Shown here: piece by piece, positions 61,283-64,000 of the stretch | How the letters are laid out: every line of letters starts with the position of its first letter | Position numbering within the stretch: the stretch's first letter is position 1 | Source of the DNA: Mobula hypostoma | Lineage: Eukaryota | Direction: 5' to 3' | DNA length: 64,000 bases | Assembly: GCF_963921235.1 (NCBI RefSeq) | Contig: NC_086108.1 | Coordinates: forward strand, 39,682,001-39,746,000 | Notes under the pieces: model-generated | What the model was told of the DNA's origin: nothing | Databases searched by the model: none | What the model saw: the letters and a program-made list of their open reading frames with translations, nothing else | Position numbers and translations under genes: made by a program

Positions 61283-64000
61283 CTGCCTGTGCCACGCGGC
61301 AATGAGTATAGGAATAGAGTGAGGTGGAGGATAAATGCATGGCTTAGGGATTGGAGCAGGGAGCAGGGATTCAGATTTCTGAATCATTGGGACCTCTTTT
61401 GGGGCAGACGTGACCTGTACAAAAAGAACAGGTTGCACTTGAATCCGAGGGGGACCAATATCCTGGCAGAGAGGTTTGCTAAGGCTACTGGGGAGAGTTT
61501 AAACTAGAATTGCTGAGGGGTGAGAACCAAACTGAAGAGATGGAGGAAGGGGTGGTTGGCTCACAAATAAAGAAAGCTTGGAGACAGTGCGAGAGGGTGG
61601 ATAGGCAGGTGATAGAGAAGGGATACGCTCAGACCGATGGTTTGAGATGTGTCTATTTTAATGCAAGAAGCATCATGAATGTTCCGACAAGAACTGTCCT
61701 TTGTTATTCAAATAACAAGGCATGGGTGACAAAGGACATTAAGGACATCCTGAACGCTAAAAAGAGGGTGTTTAGAGATGGAAATAGGAAGGAACTGAGG
61801 GCAATACAGAGGAACCTGAAAGCCAGGATCAGGGAGGCTAAAGACAGGTACAGGAGGAAGCTTGAGTGGAAATTCCAGCAGAACAACATGAGAGAGGTCT
61901 GGAGGGGGACGAGGACCATCACTGGGTTCCGGCAAACTAGCAACAGAGGAGCTGAAGGCAGTGTGGACAGGGCCAACGAACTTAACCTGTTCTTTAACAG
62001 ATTTGACATTGTGGCCCCTGCCCATCCCCCACATGAGCCATCTGTTGTCGGCCCCCAACCAACACATATTCCACTCTCCCCTCCTACCCCTTCTCACAGT
62101 CCCCCACCCTGCTCTCATAACTATACCCCTTCCTCACATGAAACCTCCACGGTGGGCTTCACAGCTGAACAGGTGAGAAGACAGCTGAAACGTCTCAACC
62201 CAAGCAAGGCTGCAGGACCGGATGGTGTCAGTACCAGGGTGCTCAAAGCCTGTGCCCCTCAGCTATGTGGAGTACTTCGCCATGTATTCAACCTGAGCCT
62301 GAGGCTCCGGAGGGTTCCTGTGCTGTGGAAGATGTCCTGCCTCGTCCCTGTGCCGAAGATGCCGCGCCCCAGCGGCCTCAATGACTACAGACCGGTGGCA
62401 TTGACCTCCCACATCATGAAGACCGTGGAGAGACTTGTTCTGGAGCTGCTCGGGCCTATGGTCAGGCCACACTTAGATCCCCTCCGTTTGCCTACCAGCC
62501 CCGACTAGGAGTTGAGGATGCCATCGTCTACCTGCTGAACCGTGTCTACGCCCATCTGGACAAGCCAGCGAGCACAGTGAGGGTCATGTTTTTTGACTTC
62601 TCCAGTGTGTTCAACACCATCTGCCCTGCTCTGCTGGGGGAGAAGCTAACAGCAATGCGGGTGGATGTTTCCCTGGTGTCATGGATTCTTGATTACCTGA
62701 CTGGCAGACCACAGTGTGTGTGCTTGCAACACTGTGTGTCCGACAGAGTGATCAGCAGCACTGGGGCTCCACAGGGGACTGTCTTGTCTCCCTTTCTCTT
62801 CACCATTTACACCTTGGACTTCAACTACGACACAGAGTCTTGTCATCTTCAGAAGTTTTCTGATGACTCTGCCATAGTTGGATGCATCAGCAAGGGAGAT
62901 GAGGCTGAGTACAGGGCTACGGTAGGAAACTTTGTCACATGGTGTGAGCAGAATTATCTGCAGCTTAATGTGAATAAGACTAAGGAGCTGGTGGTAGACC
63001 TGAGGAGAGCTAAGGTACCGGTGACCCCTATTTCCATCCGGGGGTCAATGTGGACATGGTGGAGGATTACAAATACCTGGGGATATGAATTGACAATAAA
63101 CTGGACTGGTCAAAGAACACTGAGGCTGTCTACAAGAAGGGACAGAGCCATCTCTATTTCCTGTGGAGACTGAGGTCCTTTAACATCTGCTGGACGATGC
63201 TGAGGATGTTCTGCGAGTCTGTGGTGGCCAGTGCTATCATGTTTGCTGTTGTGTGCTGGGGCAGCAGGCTAAGGGTAGCAGACACCACCAGAATCAACAA
63301 GCTCATTCGTAAGGCCAGTGATGTTGTGGGGATGGAACTGAACTCTTTCACTGTGGTGTCTGAAAAGAGGATGCTGTCCAAGTTGCATGCCGTCTTGGTC
63401 AATGTCTCCCATCCACTACATAATGTACTGGTTGGGCACAGGAGTACATTCAGCCAGAGACTCATTCCACCGAGATGCAACACAGAGCGTCATAGGAAGT
63501 CATTCCTGCCTGTGGCCATCAAACTTTACAACTCCTCCCTTGGAGGGTCAGACACCCTGAGCCAATAGGCTGGTCCTGGACTTATTTCCTGGCATAATTT
63601 ACATATTACTATTTAACTATTTATGGTTCTATTCTTATTTATGGTGCAACTGTAATGAAAACCAATTTCCCCCGGGATCAATAAAGTATGACAATGAGAA
63701 TGACTATGAACAAAGTGGATGAGCTTAGAGGGTGGATCAGTACTTGGAGCTATTATGTTGTGGCCATTACAGAGACTTGGAGGGCTCAGGGGCAGGAATA
63801 GCTACTTAGTGTGTCAGGCTTTAGATGATGTTTCAGAAAGGACAGGGAGGGAGACAAAAGAGGCGGGGGCATGGCTCTACTGATCAAAGATGGTGTCACA
63901 GCTGCAGAAAAGGAGGAAGTCATGGAGGGATTGTCTACTGGGTGTCTGTGGGTGGAAGTTAGAAACAGGAAGGGGTCAATAACTCTACTGGGTGTTTTTA
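61283..64000 (+). mobile_element. CR1 (end of ORF1, start of ORF2) split by a Rex1 insertion; continues past the window end
   Basis: INAWLRDWSREQGFRFL...LHLN; YFNARSIMN resumes after 63710 as KVDELRGWISTWSYYVVAITETW. Confidence 0.88.
61680..63705 (+). mobile_element. 5'-truncated Rex1/Babar copy
   Basis: Highly similar to 52117-54100; flanked by atgaa at 61675-61679 and 63706-63710. Confidence 0.92.

Overview
Vertebrate nuclear DNA, not prokaryotic. It is AT-rich and CpG-depleted, and its retroelement mix (CR1, Rex1/Babar, Penelope-like, RTE, Tx1, V-SINEs) suggests a cartilaginous fish, probably a ray (inference). About half the window is transposon-derived and heavily nested. It includes a near-full-length CR1 with an esterase-type ORF1 (9.8-13.9 kb), a young CR1 with an open RT ORF (4.3-6.0 kb), three related Rex1/Babar copies, MITEs and a probable solo LTR. 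The only host-gene signal is a CpG island at about 38.8-39.6 kb with outward-facing splice donors on both strands, a candidate + strand start-codon exon at 55389-55456 and a candidate - strand exon starting at 34443. I could not name the gene. The most notable system is an apparently very young Penelope-like (PLE) family carrying minimal hammerhead ribozymes. Its copies include a perfect 82-bp fold-back insertion with a 13-bp TSD (16179-16388), a 100%-identical 121-bp copy inserted in a Rex1 ORF (51470-51590), and an intact hammerhead core at 33192-33229. No CRISPR array, rRNA or true tRNA gene was seen. Boundaries of old repeats are approximate.
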